A stretch of 64,000 nt of DNA. Origin: an uncultured Thiotrichales bacterium (GTDB taxonomy: Bacteria; Pseudomonadota; Gammaproteobacteria; GCA-2400775). The DNA is taken from the NCBI GenBank assembly GCA_964617475.1, contig CAZTYM010000010.1, positions 4,085 through 68,084 of the forward strand, given 5' to 3'. The position numbers were made by a program, and so were the translations under genes. The notes under the pieces are model-generated. The model saw nothing but the letters and a program-made list of their open reading frames with translations. It was not told where the DNA came from and made no database searches. This document shows positions 51,600 to 62,878 of this stretch, piece by piece; position 1 is the first letter of the stretch, and each line of letters opens with the position of its first letter.

Positions 51600-52634
51600 T
51601 CAGGCTTCAAGTCTGACCATGGCAGGCTCTACACCCGCTACGCCTAGCGCTAATTGTAGCAATTCATCCCAAACACTGCCTACTGCTCGACCTTTGATAA
51701 CACGATCTACACGTGCCGATAAAACCAACAATTGTTGCCAATAATCTGGATTTTGGCGTTTTAGCGCCGCACTGACCAAAGGTAGACGCTTTTGCCACAC
51801 ACCCAGGGTACGCGCCACATTCGAATCGATATGACCTGAATTCCCAGCTTGTTTGGCTAATCTGGCTAAGGTTCTGATCTCTCGCGCTAGCGCCCATAAT
51901 ACCAATGTTGCTGCTATACCTTCTTTTTCCAAGGTCAACAACATACGCTGTACACGCACTACCTGGCCTTGCAAAGCACTGTCAACCAGGCCAAAGACAT
52001 CGAATCTAGCATTATCGCTGATTGACGCTTCCATCTGTTTAGCGCTGACGCAGGAATCTTGCAATACCAGTTTTAACTTATCAATCTCTTGTGCAGCAGC
52101 GAGCAAATTGCCTTCAACATAGTCTGCTAATAGTCTAATTGCCTCCGGCTCGGCTTCCAGGCCTTGCTGACGCATGCGCGCTTGCAGCCATTGACCCAAC
52201 TCGCGGCGCTCCAAAGGCCAGATTTGCACCATAGCGCCAATCTTATCCAAGGCTTTATACCAGGCTGCAGATTTAGCTTTGGCGTCAAGCTTTGGCATAA
52301 CAATGACGAAAACTGTATCGTCAGGTAAGCGTTGCGTAAGCTCTCGTAAGGCACGCGAGCCGGCATCACCTGGCGTTGGTTTTGCGAAACGCAGCTCAAC
52401 TAAACGACGCGTCGAAAATAAAGATAAAGCATCTGTCGAAGCAGTTAAGGCAGACCAATCAAACCCAGTTTCGATATGATGAGTCTCACGCGAATCAAAG
52501 CCCTGTGCTTTGGCGGCAGCGCGGATACTATCTACGGCTTCTTGCACCAATAAAGGTTCATCGCCGGAAATATGATAACAAGGCGATAGCTGGCCTTTTA
52601 CTTGCGAAGCCAGTTGTCTCGCATCGACTCTCAT
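51600..52634 (-). CDS. holA: DNA polymerase III delta subunit
   Basis: 344 aa. Size, position after lptE and an AAA+-like delta fold pattern. Called mainly on conserved leuS-lptE-holA synteny. Confidence 0.75.
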   Translation of the reverse strand: MRVDARQLASQVKGQLSPCYHISGDEPLLVQEAVDSIRAAAKAQGFDSRETHHIETGFDWSALTASTDALSLFSTRRLVELRFAKPTPGDAGSRALRELTQRLPDDTVFVIVMPKLDAKAKSAAWYKALDKIGAMVQIWPLERRELGQWLQARMRQQGLEAEPEAIRLLADYVEGNLLAAAQEIDKLKLVLQDSCVSAKQMEASISDNARFDVFGLVDSALQGQVVRVQRMLLTLEKEGIAATLVLWALAREIRTLARLAKQAGNSGHIDSNVARTLGVWQKRLPLVSAALKRQNPDYWQQLLVLSARVDRVIKGRAVGSVWDELLQLALGVAGVEPAMVRLEA

Positions 52635-52640
52635 AGATGA

Positions 52641-53138
52641 CTAGCCATCTCGTGCCGCGCGTTGCAACAAGCGCAAAATAGTATTGACCACGTCGCGGCG
52701 CATTTCGCTGTACAAACGTTCCTCTTCCTCGGCTTTAGCCAAGACCTGGTTTTCATCGAAGGTAATCTCGCGTCTAGCATTAGCGTTACGTGCTTCTGCC
52801 TGCTGACCAGAGCGACCGACTCTATAGTCAACGGAGTAAAATAGCTCGAACTCAGACACACGTGATGAATTATCAACCGATAATACTCTGCGCGATTGCT
52901 TAGCACTGACAATATTCAAAACCACCTCTGCTAAGGCTGGATCTTCAATCTCAGTGACACCAAATTGTTGCAAACGTTGAGAAAGTAAATCTAATAGGTC
53001 TCGGTCTTGTTTATCACCAACAATGGCCACCGAACTAATAGCAATGTTGAGTTGATCACCTTGTAAACCGCGCAGTTGATAACCGCAGCCAAAAAGCAAG
53101 GCCGTAACAAGCATTAATACGAACGATCTAAGCAACAA
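52641..53138 (-). CDS. lptE: LPS-assembly lipoprotein LptE
   Basis: 165 aa. Lipobox LLFGC right after the signal peptide. Overlaps the leuS 3' end as in the conserved leuS-lptE pair. Confidence 0.7.
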   Translation of the reverse strand: MLLRSFVLMLVTALLFGCGYQLRGLQGDQLNIAISSVAIVGDKQDRDLLDLLSQRLQQFGVTEIEDPALAEVVLNIVSAKQSRRVLSVDNSSRVSEFELFYSVDYRVGRSGQQAEARNANARREITFDENQVLAKAEEEERLYSEMRRDVVNTILRLLQRAARDG

Positions 53139-55605
53139 CGATATTTACCAAACGCTTTGGCACAACGATGACTTTTTTGATTTCCTTACCATCGACAAAA
53201 CGAGCAACGTTTTCTGATGCTAATGCGCTTTCTTCTATATCTGTTTTTGCTGCGTCTGCAGCCACCATTATACGATCTCTCAACTTACCGTTAACTTGCA
53301 CAACCAGCTCAACTTCATCGCTGATCAAGGCTTGCTTATCCACTTGTGGCCAACCGGCTTTGAGAATATCGCCTGCGCCACCAATCTGCTGCCATAAAAC
53401 GTGGGTAATATGTGGGACGATGGGCGCAATCAAGCGCAGCAAGATACTGACTGCCTCGGTATAAGCTTGCTCTTCGACTTTATTTTCAGTCAACTGCCAC
53501 TGCGTTAACAAGTTCACCAATTTCATTGCCGTTGCAACAACGGTATTAAATTGATACTTGGCAAAATCACGATTGGCTTGCTCAAGCAGGCTGTGTACTT
53601 CGCAACGGTGTTTTTTTCCATCACCACCTAATTGCGACCAATCCGCTAAACCAAGGCTTTGAATGTTTTCAGCTAACACTTTGGCAAATTGTTCTTCGTG
53701 TAATAGCTTCCATAGTTTACGCAAGAAGCGATGCGCGCCATCAACGGCGTCATCATTCCACTCTAAAGATTGCTCAGGTGGCGCGGCAAACATGGTAAAC
53801 AAACGCACGGTGTCTGCACCGTATTTTTCGATCAAGGCCTGCGGATCCACCGTATTGCCTTTTGACTTTGACATTTTAGTGCCATCTTTTAACACCATGC
53901 CTTGCGTCAATAAACGTTTGAAAGGCTCATCGGTTTTGACCAAACCTTCATCACGCAAAAGTTTGTGATAAAAACGCGAATAAAGTAGATGCAAAATCGC
54001 GTGCTCAATACCACCGATATATTGATCTACTGACAACCAACTGTTCACCCTATCATCTAACATAGCATCGTCATTATCACGACAGGTATAACGCGCGTAA
54101 TACCAAGAAGATTCCATAAAGGTGTCAAAGGTATCGGTTTCGCGCCGAGCTGGCTTACCGCATTTAGGGCATTTAACTTCATAAAACTCTGGCATGCTCG
54201 CTAAAGGCGAACCTGTACCTTCTGCTAAGTCCACATTCTCGGGCAAGACTACTGGCAATTGATCTTCTGGCACGGGAACATCGCCACAATCATCGCAATA
54301 AATAAAAGGTATAGGCGCACCCCAATAGCGTTGCCGCGAAACACCCCAATCACGTAAGCGATAATTCGTCTGGCGTTGCCCTTTGTCACCTTCTTCCAAT
54401 TCCTCGGCAATCGCATCGAAAGCGGCTTGAAAATCAAGGCCATCAAATTGCTTGGAATTGATTAAGCGACCACGCTCAGTATAAGCACTGGCTTCTAAAT
54501 CAACTTTCGTATCATCAAGCGGTGTTATGACTTGCTTTAATGGCAAGTCATACTTTTGTGCGAATTCCCAATCGCGCTGATCATGTGCGGGCACTGACAT
54601 AACAGCGCCACTACCATAGCCCATCAATACAAAATTAGCCGCGTAAACGGGCAAGACGTCACCAGAGAAAGGATGCACAACCTTAATGCCGGTTGCGATG
54701 CCGCGCTTTTCCATGGTTTCCATGGCAGCTTCTGATGTTTCCATTTTTTTGCATTCATCAATAAAGGCTTGAAGCTCAGTGTTGTATGCGGCAGCATCTA
54801 AGACCAAAGGGTGCTCAGGTGCAATAGCCAGGTAAGTTGCGCCCATTAAGGTGTCCGGTCGCGTGGTATAAACCGTTAAGGCATCTTCACTGCTTTCTAA
54901 CTGAAATTTGATTTCCAAACCATGAGAACGACCAATCCAGTTACGCTGCATTGCTCGAACCTGGTCGGGCCATTCTTCTAACTGATCTAAAGAATCAACA
55001 AGCTCGTCAGCATAATCGGTGATTTTTAAAAACCATTGCGGAATTTCACGACGCTCGACTGTGGTACCACAGCGCCAACAACCTCCATCAATCACCTGCT
55101 CATTAGCAAGCACGGTTAGATCATGTGGACACCAATTAACTGGAGCAGTTTTTTTATAGACTAGCCCTTTTTCATAAAGGCGTAAGAAAAACCACTGCTC
55201 CCAGCGGTAGTAGTCTGGATGACAGGTGGCGATTTCACGATCCCAATCGTAAGCAAAACCTAAGCGCTTTAACTGGCCGCGCATATAGTCGATATTTTCG
55301 CGAGTCCACTTTGCAGGCGGCACGTTATTTTTGATAGCCGCATTCTCTGCGGGCATACCGAATGCATCCCAACCCATGGGCTGTAAAACGTTTTTGCCCA
55401 GCATCCGCTGATAACGGCTGATGACATCGCCAATGGTGTAGTTACGCACATGGCCCATATGCAGACGCCCACTGGGGTAAGGAAACATCGACAAACAGTA
55501 ATAATTATTGTCTGCCTGGCCATCAATAGCAGAAAAACTGTCGTTCTCTTGCCAATAGTTTTGAACCGCTTCTTCTAGCGCGGTAGCGCTATATTCGTTA
55601 CTCAT
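53128..55605 (-). CDS. leuS: Leucine--tRNA ligase
   Basis: 825 aa. HMGH class-I motif ([15 protein letters not shown]) and KMSKS (KMSKSKGN). Confidence 0.95.
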   Translation of the reverse strand: MSNEYSATALEEAVQNYWQENDSFSAIDGQADNNYYCLSMFPYPSGRLHMGHVRNYTIGDVISRYQRMLGKNVLQPMGWDAFGMPAENAAIKNNVPPAKWTRENIDYMRGQLKRLGFAYDWDREIATCHPDYYRWEQWFFLRLYEKGLVYKKTAPVNWCPHDLTVLANEQVIDGGCWRCGTTVERREIPQWFLKITDYADELVDSLDQLEEWPDQVRAMQRNWIGRSHGLEIKFQLESSEDALTVYTTRPDTLMGATYLAIAPEHPLVLDAAAYNTELQAFIDECKKMETSEAAMETMEKRGIATGIKVVHPFSGDVLPVYAANFVLMGYGSGAVMSVPAHDQRDWEFAQKYDLPLKQVITPLDDTKVDLEASAYTERGRLINSKQFDGLDFQAAFDAIAEELEEGDKGQRQTNYRLRDWGVSRQRYWGAPIPFIYCDDCGDVPVPEDQLPVVLPENVDLAEGTGSPLASMPEFYEVKCPKCGKPARRETDTFDTFMESSWYYARYTCRDNDDAMLDDRVNSWLSVDQYIGGIEHAILHLLYSRFYHKLLRDEGLVKTDEPFKRLLTQGMVLKDGTKMSKSKGNTVDPQALIEKYGADTVRLFTMFAAPPEQSLEWNDDAVDGAHRFLRKLWKLLHEEQFAKVLAENIQSLGLADWSQLGGDGKKHRCEVHSLLEQANRDFAKYQFNTVVATAMKLVNLLTQWQLTENKVEEQAYTEAVSILLRLIAPIVPHITHVLWQQIGGAGDILKAGWPQVDKQALISDEVELVVQVNGKLRDRIMVAADAAKTDIEESALASENVARFVDGKEIKKVIVVPKRLVNIVVA

Positions 55606-55735
55606 TAGACCTCAATAAACCATGACTCTGCGGTGGCAAAATATTGCCCAGCAGCCAATACGCGAAGGAAAACTGGAATTTTAGCAGGAGCAGACTGATA
55701 TCGCAGCTACTAAGGCTCAGGCTTGAACAAGCCCA

Positions 55736-55839
55736 CCCTTCGACAAGCTCAGGGTGATCGCAGTGTGTGTTAACTCCAGCCATTTAGTTTTGGACTACGC
55801 GTGTACCACTACACCGTTCGCCCTGAGCTTGTCGAAGGG
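55736..55839. repeat. Long-stem inverted repeat: 21-bp arms flanking a 62-nt loop
   Basis: cccttcgacaagctcagggtg (55736-55756) pairs with cgccctgagcttgtcgaaggg (55819-55839), 20 of 21 Watson-Crick plus one G-U. It lies in the lnt-leuS intergenic gap, and the loop holds a small hairpin, gtgta-ccac-tacac. Confidence 0.5.
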
Positions 55840-55871
55840 AGCTAGTCGAGGAGTGTCGATGAGAGCAGAAT

Positions 55872-57386
55872 TTAGACTGGATTTCGTCTAGATCTCGCCA
55901 ATAGTCTCGCTGACAACAAGAGCAGCAAAATGGTAAGCAGCACTATAGCGGTGTTTTTTACCCGAACGTAGGGCGTCACCCCAGTCATCGGCTGCACAGA
56001 AGCGGTAACCACATCGGCAATATTGAGCTCGCTGTTTGCGAGCAAATGACCTCGATGATCCATGATCGATGAAATACCTGTATTGGTAGCGCGCAACAAT
56101 GGGCGGCCCAACTCTAGGGCGCGCATTCGGGCGATTTGCTGATGCTGATAAGCGGCGCTGGAACCACCAAACCAACCATCGTTACTGACATTAACCAGCA
56201 CGGTATTGTCTGGCGCCGACACTGCCATTTCCTCGCCAAATACGTCTTCATAACAAATCGACATACCGACCTTTGTGCCCGCCAATAACATTGGTGGCTG
56301 ATCTATACCACCCGATGAAAAACTCGACATCGGCACTTGCATGAAATCGACGATACTGCCCAAGACTCTTTCCAAAGGCAGATACTCGGTAAACGGCACT
56401 AAATGATTTTTGAAATAGAAACTCTTTTCTTCACCCAGGCCAACCAGTGCGTTGTAGTATTGCTGCGAAGCCAAATCGAGATAAAGTATACCGGTTAATA
56501 AATCGGTATTGTTTTCTTTACCTTCATGCCATAGTGCGTCAACAATATCTTGTGTGCGATGATAAAAATCAGAGATTGCCGTTTCTGGCCAAACGATTAA
56601 ATCACTATCCCAATTGGCTTGGGTAAGTGCAATATACTTTTCCAAGGTTGGCTCGAATACATCATCTTCCCATTTAAGCTCTTGCGGAATATTACCTTGA
56701 ATCAAGCTGACTTGAATGGGTGCGCCTTGTAGTTGTGTCCAACTAACTTGATGCATGAATAAACCGAGCAACATCACCGCTAGCAAACCGACAACACTAA
56801 AAACCTTACTAAACCATTTTGGCAAATAAACGCATAACACTAGCAAACCGGCGCACAGCGCTAACGCCCATGAAACACCGTAAACTCCTAATACCGGCGC
56901 AAAACCCGATAGCCAGCCATCGATTTGCGAATAACCCAAACTTAACCAGGGAAAACCGGTAAACAACGTACCGCGTAACCATTCGCTCAACACCCAAGCA
57001 GCGGGAAAAGCAATAATCAGCTTGATCATTGCACTGGTAACAGAGAGTCCTGGCAAAAATCGGTTAAGCACATATCCGAGAGCAGCGGGAAATAGAGCCA
57101 GATAGACAATCAATAATGCGCTTAGCGCCAAGGCTAATGCGGCCGGCACACCACCAAAGCCATGGATACTTATATATATCCAGTGGATTCCAGTAGCGAA
57201 CATGCCAAGTCCAAACAATAAACCGCGTAAAAATGCACGCTTCGCTGACACTGGCAACCAGATTGCGAACAACACCGCAAGGGAAACAATTGCTAGGGGA
57301 TAGACATTAAAAGGCGCGAATGCCAGCGACATCGATAAACCAGCAGACAAAGCTATTAGCTCGCCATACCAGCCACGACTAATCAT
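55872..57386 (-). CDS. lnt: Apolipoprotein N-acyltransferase
   Basis: 504 aa. N-terminal polytopic membrane domain and C-terminal C-N hydrolase domain with the E-K-C triad region (WPE, MSICYEDVF). Confidence 0.9.
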   Translation of the reverse strand: MISRGWYGELIALSAGLSMSLAFAPFNVYPLAIVSLAVLFAIWLPVSAKRAFLRGLLFGLGMFATGIHWIYISIHGFGGVPAALALALSALLIVYLALFPAALGYVLNRFLPGLSVTSAMIKLIIAFPAAWVLSEWLRGTLFTGFPWLSLGYSQIDGWLSGFAPVLGVYGVSWALALCAGLLVLCVYLPKWFSKVFSVVGLLAVMLLGLFMHQVSWTQLQGAPIQVSLIQGNIPQELKWEDDVFEPTLEKYIALTQANWDSDLIVWPETAISDFYHRTQDIVDALWHEGKENNTDLLTGILYLDLASQQYYNALVGLGEEKSFYFKNHLVPFTEYLPLERVLGSIVDFMQVPMSSFSSGGIDQPPMLLAGTKVGMSICYEDVFGEEMAVSAPDNTVLVNVSNDGWFGGSSAAYQHQQIARMRALELGRPLLRATNTGISSIMDHRGHLLANSELNIADVVTASVQPMTGVTPYVRVKNTAIVLLTILLLLLSARLLARSRRNPV

Positions 57387-57417
57387 CGTAATTTATCGCT
57401 CTTATTTTCTAACAATA

Positions 57418-58302
57418 TTAGGCTATTTGTTTTTGCTGCACGCTATTTAACTTATCAACCAAATCATCTGCCAATAAAACCTTCAACAAATGCAGTCGCC
57501 GACTATCTGCTGCAAGAACTTCGAATGTGATAGAACCAATAGCTACATTATCACCGCGTTTTGGCATATCACCTAAGGCATTGATTACCACACCGCCTAT
57601 GGTATCAAACTCTTCATCATTAAAATGACTAAAAAACTGCTCATTAAACTCATCAATTGGCGTCAATGCCTTCACTGTGTATTCCGATTCACTGTGCTTT
57701 TTAACAAACTTATCATCGTCGATATCGTGTTCGTCACTTATTTCACCAACAATTTGCTCTAGTACATCTTCAATTGTCACCAAGCCAGCAACACCACCAT
57801 ACTCGTCAACAACAACGGCCATATGATTTCGATTAGCACGAAATTCTTTTAACAGTACATTTAAACGCTTACTCTCTGGAACAAAGACAACAGGACGCAA
57901 TAAATCACGCAAAGCAAAATTATTATCTTCTCCTAGGAAAAAAGGTAATAAGTCTTTGGCTAACAAAATACCTACCACTTCGTCACGGGTTTCACCAATG
58001 ACGGGGAATCGAGAATGCGCCGATTGCGTAATAGTGGGCATAATGTCTGCCAGTGCTTGATCACGCTCTACTACAACCATCTGGGCTCGCGGCACCATGA
58101 TATCTCGCACTTGCATTTCTGCAACTTGCAACACGCCCTCGATCATTGCTAGCGCATCTGTATCGAGCACATTACGTTGCTCAGCTTCTTGGAGTAATTC
58201 TAATAATTCTTGTCTATCCTTGGGCTCGCCACTAAGGGCCTGGCTCAACCTCTCTAACCACGTTCGAGAACCTGAACCATTTGTCGATTGTCCGTCCGGC
58301 AT
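57418..58302 (-). CDS. corC: CorC/HlyC-family transporter-associated protein (CBS pair plus CorC_HlyC domain)
   Basis: 294 aa. Two CBS domains and a C-terminal transporter-associated domain, in the conserved ybeZ-ybeY-ybeX-lnt context. Confidence 0.85.
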   Translation of the reverse strand: MPDGQSTNGSGSRTWLERLSQALSGEPKDRQELLELLQEAEQRNVLDTDALAMIEGVLQVAEMQVRDIMVPRAQMVVVERDQALADIMPTITQSAHSRFPVIGETRDEVVGILLAKDLLPFFLGEDNNFALRDLLRPVVFVPESKRLNVLLKEFRANRNHMAVVVDEYGGVAGLVTIEDVLEQIVGEISDEHDIDDDKFVKKHSESEYTVKALTPIDEFNEQFFSHFNDEEFDTIGGVVINALGDMPKRGDNVAIGSITFEVLAADSRRLHLLKVLLADDLVDKLNSVQQKQIA

Positions 58303-58349
58303 GAGTTTTCTTTACCTTTCTTGTGCTAGCTATCTAGCAAAAATACTTA

Positions 58350-58802
58350 TCAATATGGATCGGCATAACCAAGCCCAATCATAATCTCAATTTCCAACGA
58401 TTCCATCGTATCTGCCTGATCGTCATGCTGATGATCATAATCCAGTAAATGCAACATACCGTGCACGACCATATGCGCCCAATGCGCTTCGCAGGTCTTG
58501 TTTTGCACCAGCGCCTCATCACACACCACTTGCGCACAAATAACTAAATCACCTAATGGTCGCGGATCGATAAAATCTGGCGCTTCCATTGGAAAAGACA
58601 AAACATTGGTCGCTTTATCTTTATCACGATACTCGGCATTTAACTGCTGAGACTCACCTTCATCCACAACACGGATGGCAACTTCCGCGCCATTTACCTT
58701 CTCATGTTCTAAGACTGCCTCCACCCATGATTCGAACTTGGCTTGTTCGGGTACATATAAATCATCGGCTACAGCGTCGCTACGCTGCACGTCTAAATTC
58801 AT
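58350..58802 (-). CDS. ybeY: rRNA maturation endoribonuclease YbeY
   Basis: [11 protein letters not shown] zinc-binding motif. The start is trimmed to the internal MNLDVQ (58802), which abuts the phoH stop; the ORF track runs to 58862, overlapping phoH. Confidence 0.85.
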   Translation of the reverse strand: MNLDVQRSDAVADDLYVPEQAKFESWVEAVLEHEKVNGAEVAIRVVDEGESQQLNAEYRDKDKATNVLSFPMEAPDFIDPRPLGDLVICAQVVCDEALVQNKTCEAHWAHMVVHGMLHLLDYDHQHDDQADTMESLEIEIMIGLGYADPY

Positions 58803-58803
58803 G

Positions 58804-59811
58804 CTAAAAGTCGTCTTGCTCGTACTTCGCCGCCTCGGCAGTATCATGCGACTCATAGGCATTAACGATGCGTTGCACCAATGGGTGTCTTACTACGTCA
58901 CGTGCGGCAAAATGCGTAAAGCTAATACCTTCCACATCGCGCAATATTTTCACCGCATGGCGTAAACCTGAACGCTGACCACGCGGCAAGTCAACCTGAC
59001 TGACATCACCATTAATGACTACTTTCGAACCAAAGCCAATACGTGTTAAAAACATACGCATTTGCTCCATAGTAGTGTTTTGTGCCTCGTCTAAAATCAC
59101 AAAGGCTTCGTTTAATGTACGACCACGCATATAAGCTAGTGGTGCAACTTCGATAACATGACGCTCAATTAATTTTGCCACGCGTTCATTGCCTAACATT
59201 TCGTTTAGGGCATCATAAAGCGGTCGCAAGTAAGGATCGATTTTTTGCGCCAAATCACCAGGCAAAAAGCCTAAACGCTCCCCTGCCTCTACTGCCGGCC
59301 TAACCAATAATAGACGCTGAACTTTTTGCTTTTCTAACGCATCAACAGCACAAGCCACAGCTAGATAGGTTTTACCTGTACCGGCTGGCCCAACACCAAA
59401 GTTAATATCATGATTCGCAATAGAATTAATATAACTTTGCTGATTAGCACCAATCGCCTTTATTGTGCCGCCTCGAGTTTTGATCGGCATGATGGATGAA
59501 ACACTTGCTTTATCAGTGCTGTCATTCATATTTTCTTCTACGCCTGCTTTTTGTAAAGACAAATGTACGGCAGCTGAGCTAATACTGCCTTTTTTTGCTT
59601 CATCGTATAAATCGTTTAATACCACACGGGCTAGCTCAGTAGATCGATCATCGCCATGCAGCCAAAAATTATTACCACGGTTTCTAATCTCTATGCCTAG
59701 AGATCGTTCAACTTGTCTTAGGTGTTCGTCAAACTGACCGCATAAATTGGCAAGTCGTTTATTGTCTTGCGGCTCCAAAACCAGCGCCGCTGCTTGATTA
59801 TTGCTCGCCAC
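58804..59811 (-). CDS. ybeZ: PhoH-like ATPase (YbeZ)
   Basis: 335 aa. Walker [10 protein letters not shown] and PhoH family motifs. Confidence 0.9.
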   Translation of the reverse strand: MASNNQAAALVLEPQDNKRLANLCGQFDEHLRQVERSLGIEIRNRGNNFWLHGDDRSTELARVVLNDLYDEAKKGSISSAAVHLSLQKAGVEENMNDSTDKASVSSIMPIKTRGGTIKAIGANQQSYINSIANHDINFGVGPAGTGKTYLAVACAVDALEKQKVQRLLLVRPAVEAGERLGFLPGDLAQKIDPYLRPLYDALNEMLGNERVAKLIERHVIEVAPLAYMRGRTLNEAFVILDEAQNTTMEQMRMFLTRIGFGSKVVINGDVSQVDLPRGQRSGLRHAVKILRDVEGISFTHFAARDVVRHPLVQRIVNAYESHDTAEAAKYEQDDF

Positions 59812-59823
59812 TAGCTTCCTACG

Positions 59824-61182
59824 TTAAGCGCAACTTGCGACAGAATTATGACTACCGTCTATGACCAATCGACCGCGCAATGAGTTCGGCAATGCCTCGG
59901 TGATATGCACCTCGGCAAAATGGCCTATTAATACTGCTGGCCCTGCGAAGTTAACCACACGATTATTTTCTGTTCGGCCTGCTAGCATATTGGCATCTTT
60001 TTTCGACGGCCGATCTACCAAAACACGCTGGCGTGTGCCAACCATGGATTGACTGATAGATTCGACCATATCACGGATACGTGCTTGTAAGCGTGATAAA
60101 CGCTGCTGCTTCACTTCAGCACTAACATCATCTGGAAAATTAGCGGCGGGCGTGCCAGGCCGAGCACTATAAATGAAGCTAAACGAATTATCGAAACCGA
60201 TATCTTCAATCAGCTTCATGGTTTGCTCAAAATCAGTATCGGTCTCCCCAGGGAAGCCGACGATAAAGTCTGATGACAAGCTCAAATCAGGTCGCGCCTG
60301 ACGTAAGCGACGAATTTTCGATTTATATTCCAGCGCCGTATGCCCTCGTTTCATTAAACCCAGTATTCGGTCCGACCCACTTTGAACTGGGAGATGCAAA
60401 TGACTGACCAACTTTGGCACATCCGCGAAGGCTTGAATTAAGCTATCCGAAAATTCCACAGGGTGTGAGGTTGTAAATCGAATACGCTCGATACCTTCGA
60501 TTTCTGCAACATAGTTGATTAATAGCGCTAAATCACCTTCGTCGCCATCAGTAATTGGACCACGATATGCGTTGACATTCTGGCCGAGAAGATTGACCTC
60601 CTTGACCCCTTGCTCGGCGAGCAAAGACACCTCGGCGAGTACTTCTTCAAATGGCCTGCTGACTTCTTCACCTCGGGTATAAGGCACCACACAAAATGTA
60701 CAGTATTTGCTGCAACCTTCCATTATCGAAACGAAAGCCGTTGGCCCTTCCGCTCTAGGTGCCGGTAAATGATCAAATTTCTCAATCTCAGGAAAGCTGA
60801 TATCAACGACAGGCTTGCGCTCTTGACGAACCGCGTCAATCATCTTTGGTAAGCGATGCAAAGTCTGCGGGCCAAATACCATATCGACATAAGGCGCCCG
60901 CTGGCGAATACCATCGCCCTCCTGGCTGGCAACACAACCACCAACCCCAATAACCATATCTGGGCGTGTTTTTTTTAGCTCGCGCCAGCGACCTAACGCT
61001 GAAAAAACCTTTTCCTGGGCTTTTTCGCGAATCGAACAGGTATTGAGCAAAATGACATCGGCTTCCTCGGGAGAATCAGTCAATTCTAGGCCATGAGACT
61101 CATTTAACAACTCAACCATTCTGGTAGAGTCGTATTCGTTCATTTGGCAGCCGTGTGTTTGGATAAAAAGCTTAGGAGCCAT
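59824..61182 (-). CDS. miaB: tRNA-2-methylthio-N6-dimethylallyladenosine synthase
   Basis: 452 aa. N-terminal MTTase Cys triad (GCQMN..C...C), radical-SAM CSKYCTFC and the C-terminal TRAM domain. Confidence 0.9.
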   Translation of the reverse strand: MAPKLFIQTHGCQMNEYDSTRMVELLNESHGLELTDSPEEADVILLNTCSIREKAQEKVFSALGRWRELKKTRPDMVIGVGGCVASQEGDGIRQRAPYVDMVFGPQTLHRLPKMIDAVRQERKPVVDISFPEIEKFDHLPAPRAEGPTAFVSIMEGCSKYCTFCVVPYTRGEEVSRPFEEVLAEVSLLAEQGVKEVNLLGQNVNAYRGPITDGDEGDLALLINYVAEIEGIERIRFTTSHPVEFSDSLIQAFADVPKLVSHLHLPVQSGSDRILGLMKRGHTALEYKSKIRRLRQARPDLSLSSDFIVGFPGETDTDFEQTMKLIEDIGFDNSFSFIYSARPGTPAANFPDDVSAEVKQQRLSRLQARIRDMVESISQSMVGTRQRVLVDRPSKKDANMLAGRTENNRVVNFAGPAVLIGHFAEVHITEALPNSLRGRLVIDGSHNSVASCA

Positions 61183-61261
61183 AACCCCAAATCTGGAGAA
61201 AAAGGCCCAATAAGCTACACTTTTTGGCTAGAAATTTCCAGCCAAAAGCGCGTTCTTGCTA

Positions 61262-61292
61262 GTAAAAACCTGGCTCGTCGGAACGAGCCAGG
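61262..61292 (-). terminator. Rho-independent terminator after amt
   Basis: Stem cctggctcg/cgagccagg (61269-61277 and 61284-61292) with loop tcggaa, followed on the minus strand by TTTTTAC. It lies 11 bp past the amt stop. Confidence 0.6.
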
Positions 61293-61302
61293 TCGAAAAC
61301 CA

Positions 61303-62514
61303 CTAATCGTCGTAGTCAGGTGTAGAGCTTATCTTATGAATACTAAGGTCGGCACCTTGAATTTCTTCAGATTCAGTCAAACGAATACCAATAACCTTTT
61401 TGATGGCACCGTAGATAATGTAACCACCGACAAAAGCGATGACGACACCCAATACCGTGCCTACCAGCTGCGCACCAAGGCTAACGCCACCTAGGCCCCC
61501 AAGGGCTTTTGAACCAAAAATACCACAGGCAATACCACCCCAAACGCCGCAGAGCCCGTGCAGCGGCCATACGCCCAGCACATCATCGATCTTCCATTTG
61601 TTTTGTGCCAAGGTGAAGGTCCAGACAAACAAGGCACCCGCTACTAAACCAATCACCAAGCCGCCGATAGGATGCACTACGTCTGATCCGGCACAAATTG
61701 CTACAAGCCCGGCTAAAGGACCGTTATGAACGAACCCCGGATCATTTTTACCTATAAATAAGGCACCTAAAACTCCGCCAACCATTGCCATCAGCGAGTT
61801 AATGGCGACCAAACCACTTACTCCTTCAACACTTTGGGCAGACATAACGTTAAAGCCAAACCAACCAACGGTCAGCGCCCAGGCACCTAAAGCGAGGAAT
61901 GGAATACTTGACGGCGGATGAGCGGCAATACCGCCGTCATCGCGATAACGACCATGACGCGCACCAAGCAGTAGCACTGCAGCCAGTGCAATCCAACCGC
62001 CGACAGCATGTACTACGATAGATCCGGCGAAATCATGAAAAGGGGCACCGAAAGTGCCTTCTATCCATCCTTGAATACCATAATTACCATTCCAGGTAAT
62101 GCCTTCAAAAAATGGGTATAGAAAGGCAACGATGAGAAATGAAGCGAGTAATTGTGGATAAAATCGCGCCCGTTCGGCTATTCCGCCAGATATAATGGCG
62201 GGTATCGCGGCGGCAAACGTTAGTAAAAAGAAAAATTTAACCAGCTCAAAACCATTCATTTCCGATAATGCTTCCGCACTTCGGAAAAAATCAAAGCCAT
62301 AAGCGATGAAACAGTAACCGATGAAAAAGTAAGCAATCGTCGAAACAGAGAAATCACCAATGATCTTGACCAAGGCATTTACCTGATTCTTTTTTCGAAC
62401 CGTACCTACTTCAAGAAATGCAAAACCAGAGTGCATAGCAAGCACCATGATGGCACCCAACAAGACAAAAAATACGTCACTACCAGATTGAAAAGCTTCC
62501 ATAATCTCCCCCAA
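61303..62514 (-). CDS. amt: Ammonium transporter (Amt family)
   Basis: 403-aa polytopic protein with the Amt signature region DFAGSIVVHAVGGWIALAAVLLLGAR and conserved twin His. Confidence 0.9.
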   Translation of the reverse strand: MGEIMEAFQSGSDVFFVLLGAIMVLAMHSGFAFLEVGTVRKKNQVNALVKIIGDFSVSTIAYFFIGYCFIAYGFDFFRSAEALSEMNGFELVKFFFLLTFAAAIPAIISGGIAERARFYPQLLASFLIVAFLYPFFEGITWNGNYGIQGWIEGTFGAPFHDFAGSIVVHAVGGWIALAAVLLLGARHGRYRDDGGIAAHPPSSIPFLALGAWALTVGWFGFNVMSAQSVEGVSGLVAINSLMAMVGGVLGALFIGKNDPGFVHNGPLAGLVAICAGSDVVHPIGGLVIGLVAGALFVWTFTLAQNKWKIDDVLGVWPLHGLCGVWGGIACGIFGSKALGGLGGVSLGAQLVGTVLGVVIAFVGGYIIYGAIKKVIGIRLTESEEIQGADLSIHKISSTPDYDD

Positions 62515-62878
62515 AGCCTTTAACTATTATTCTAAACCCAATGGGATGACCGAACCCGATTTCGCACCACTATTGCGCTAAAAACACACCATATTAGCGC
62601 ATTTGGTTCGAATTGGTGCGTCGAGATCATAGCATGGTGAAAGGCATATCGCTAAAAACACATAAAAATATGCCAAATTTTATGGCAAATTATGCATGTT
62701 ATAATTGTGCCTACTGACTGAAAAACCGCTCTTTGACCAGGGAGGAGAACGGTATTTTAGTAACTAAATATTTAATTGAATAATTATTAGACGCTAACTA
62801 TTAGTGTAACTGAAATTATGTTGCACAATATTTTCAGTTGAAGGCATAATGCCATATAGTTTGTAGGGACTGGACGCA

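Noticed and set aside
55598-55783. 61-aa ORF in the lnt-leuS intergenic region
   Set aside because: It spans the long-stem inverted-repeat region, has no ribosome-binding site and no recognisable features, and overlaps the leuS start. It is more likely non-coding.
62605-62613. GGTTCGAAT, identical to the tRNA T-loop consensus, in the amt upstream region
   Set aside because: The flanking bases cannot form a 5-bp T-stem (tttgg versus tggtg gives G-G mismatches), and no acceptor or anticodon arms can be drawn. It is a chance match, not a tRNA or tRNA remnant.
62683-62696. tggcaaattatgca, resembling a sigma-54 -24/-12 promoter (TGGCA...TGCA)
   Set aside because: The GG-to-GC spacing is about 2 nt too short for the GG-N10-GC architecture, and it is on the strand opposite to amt.
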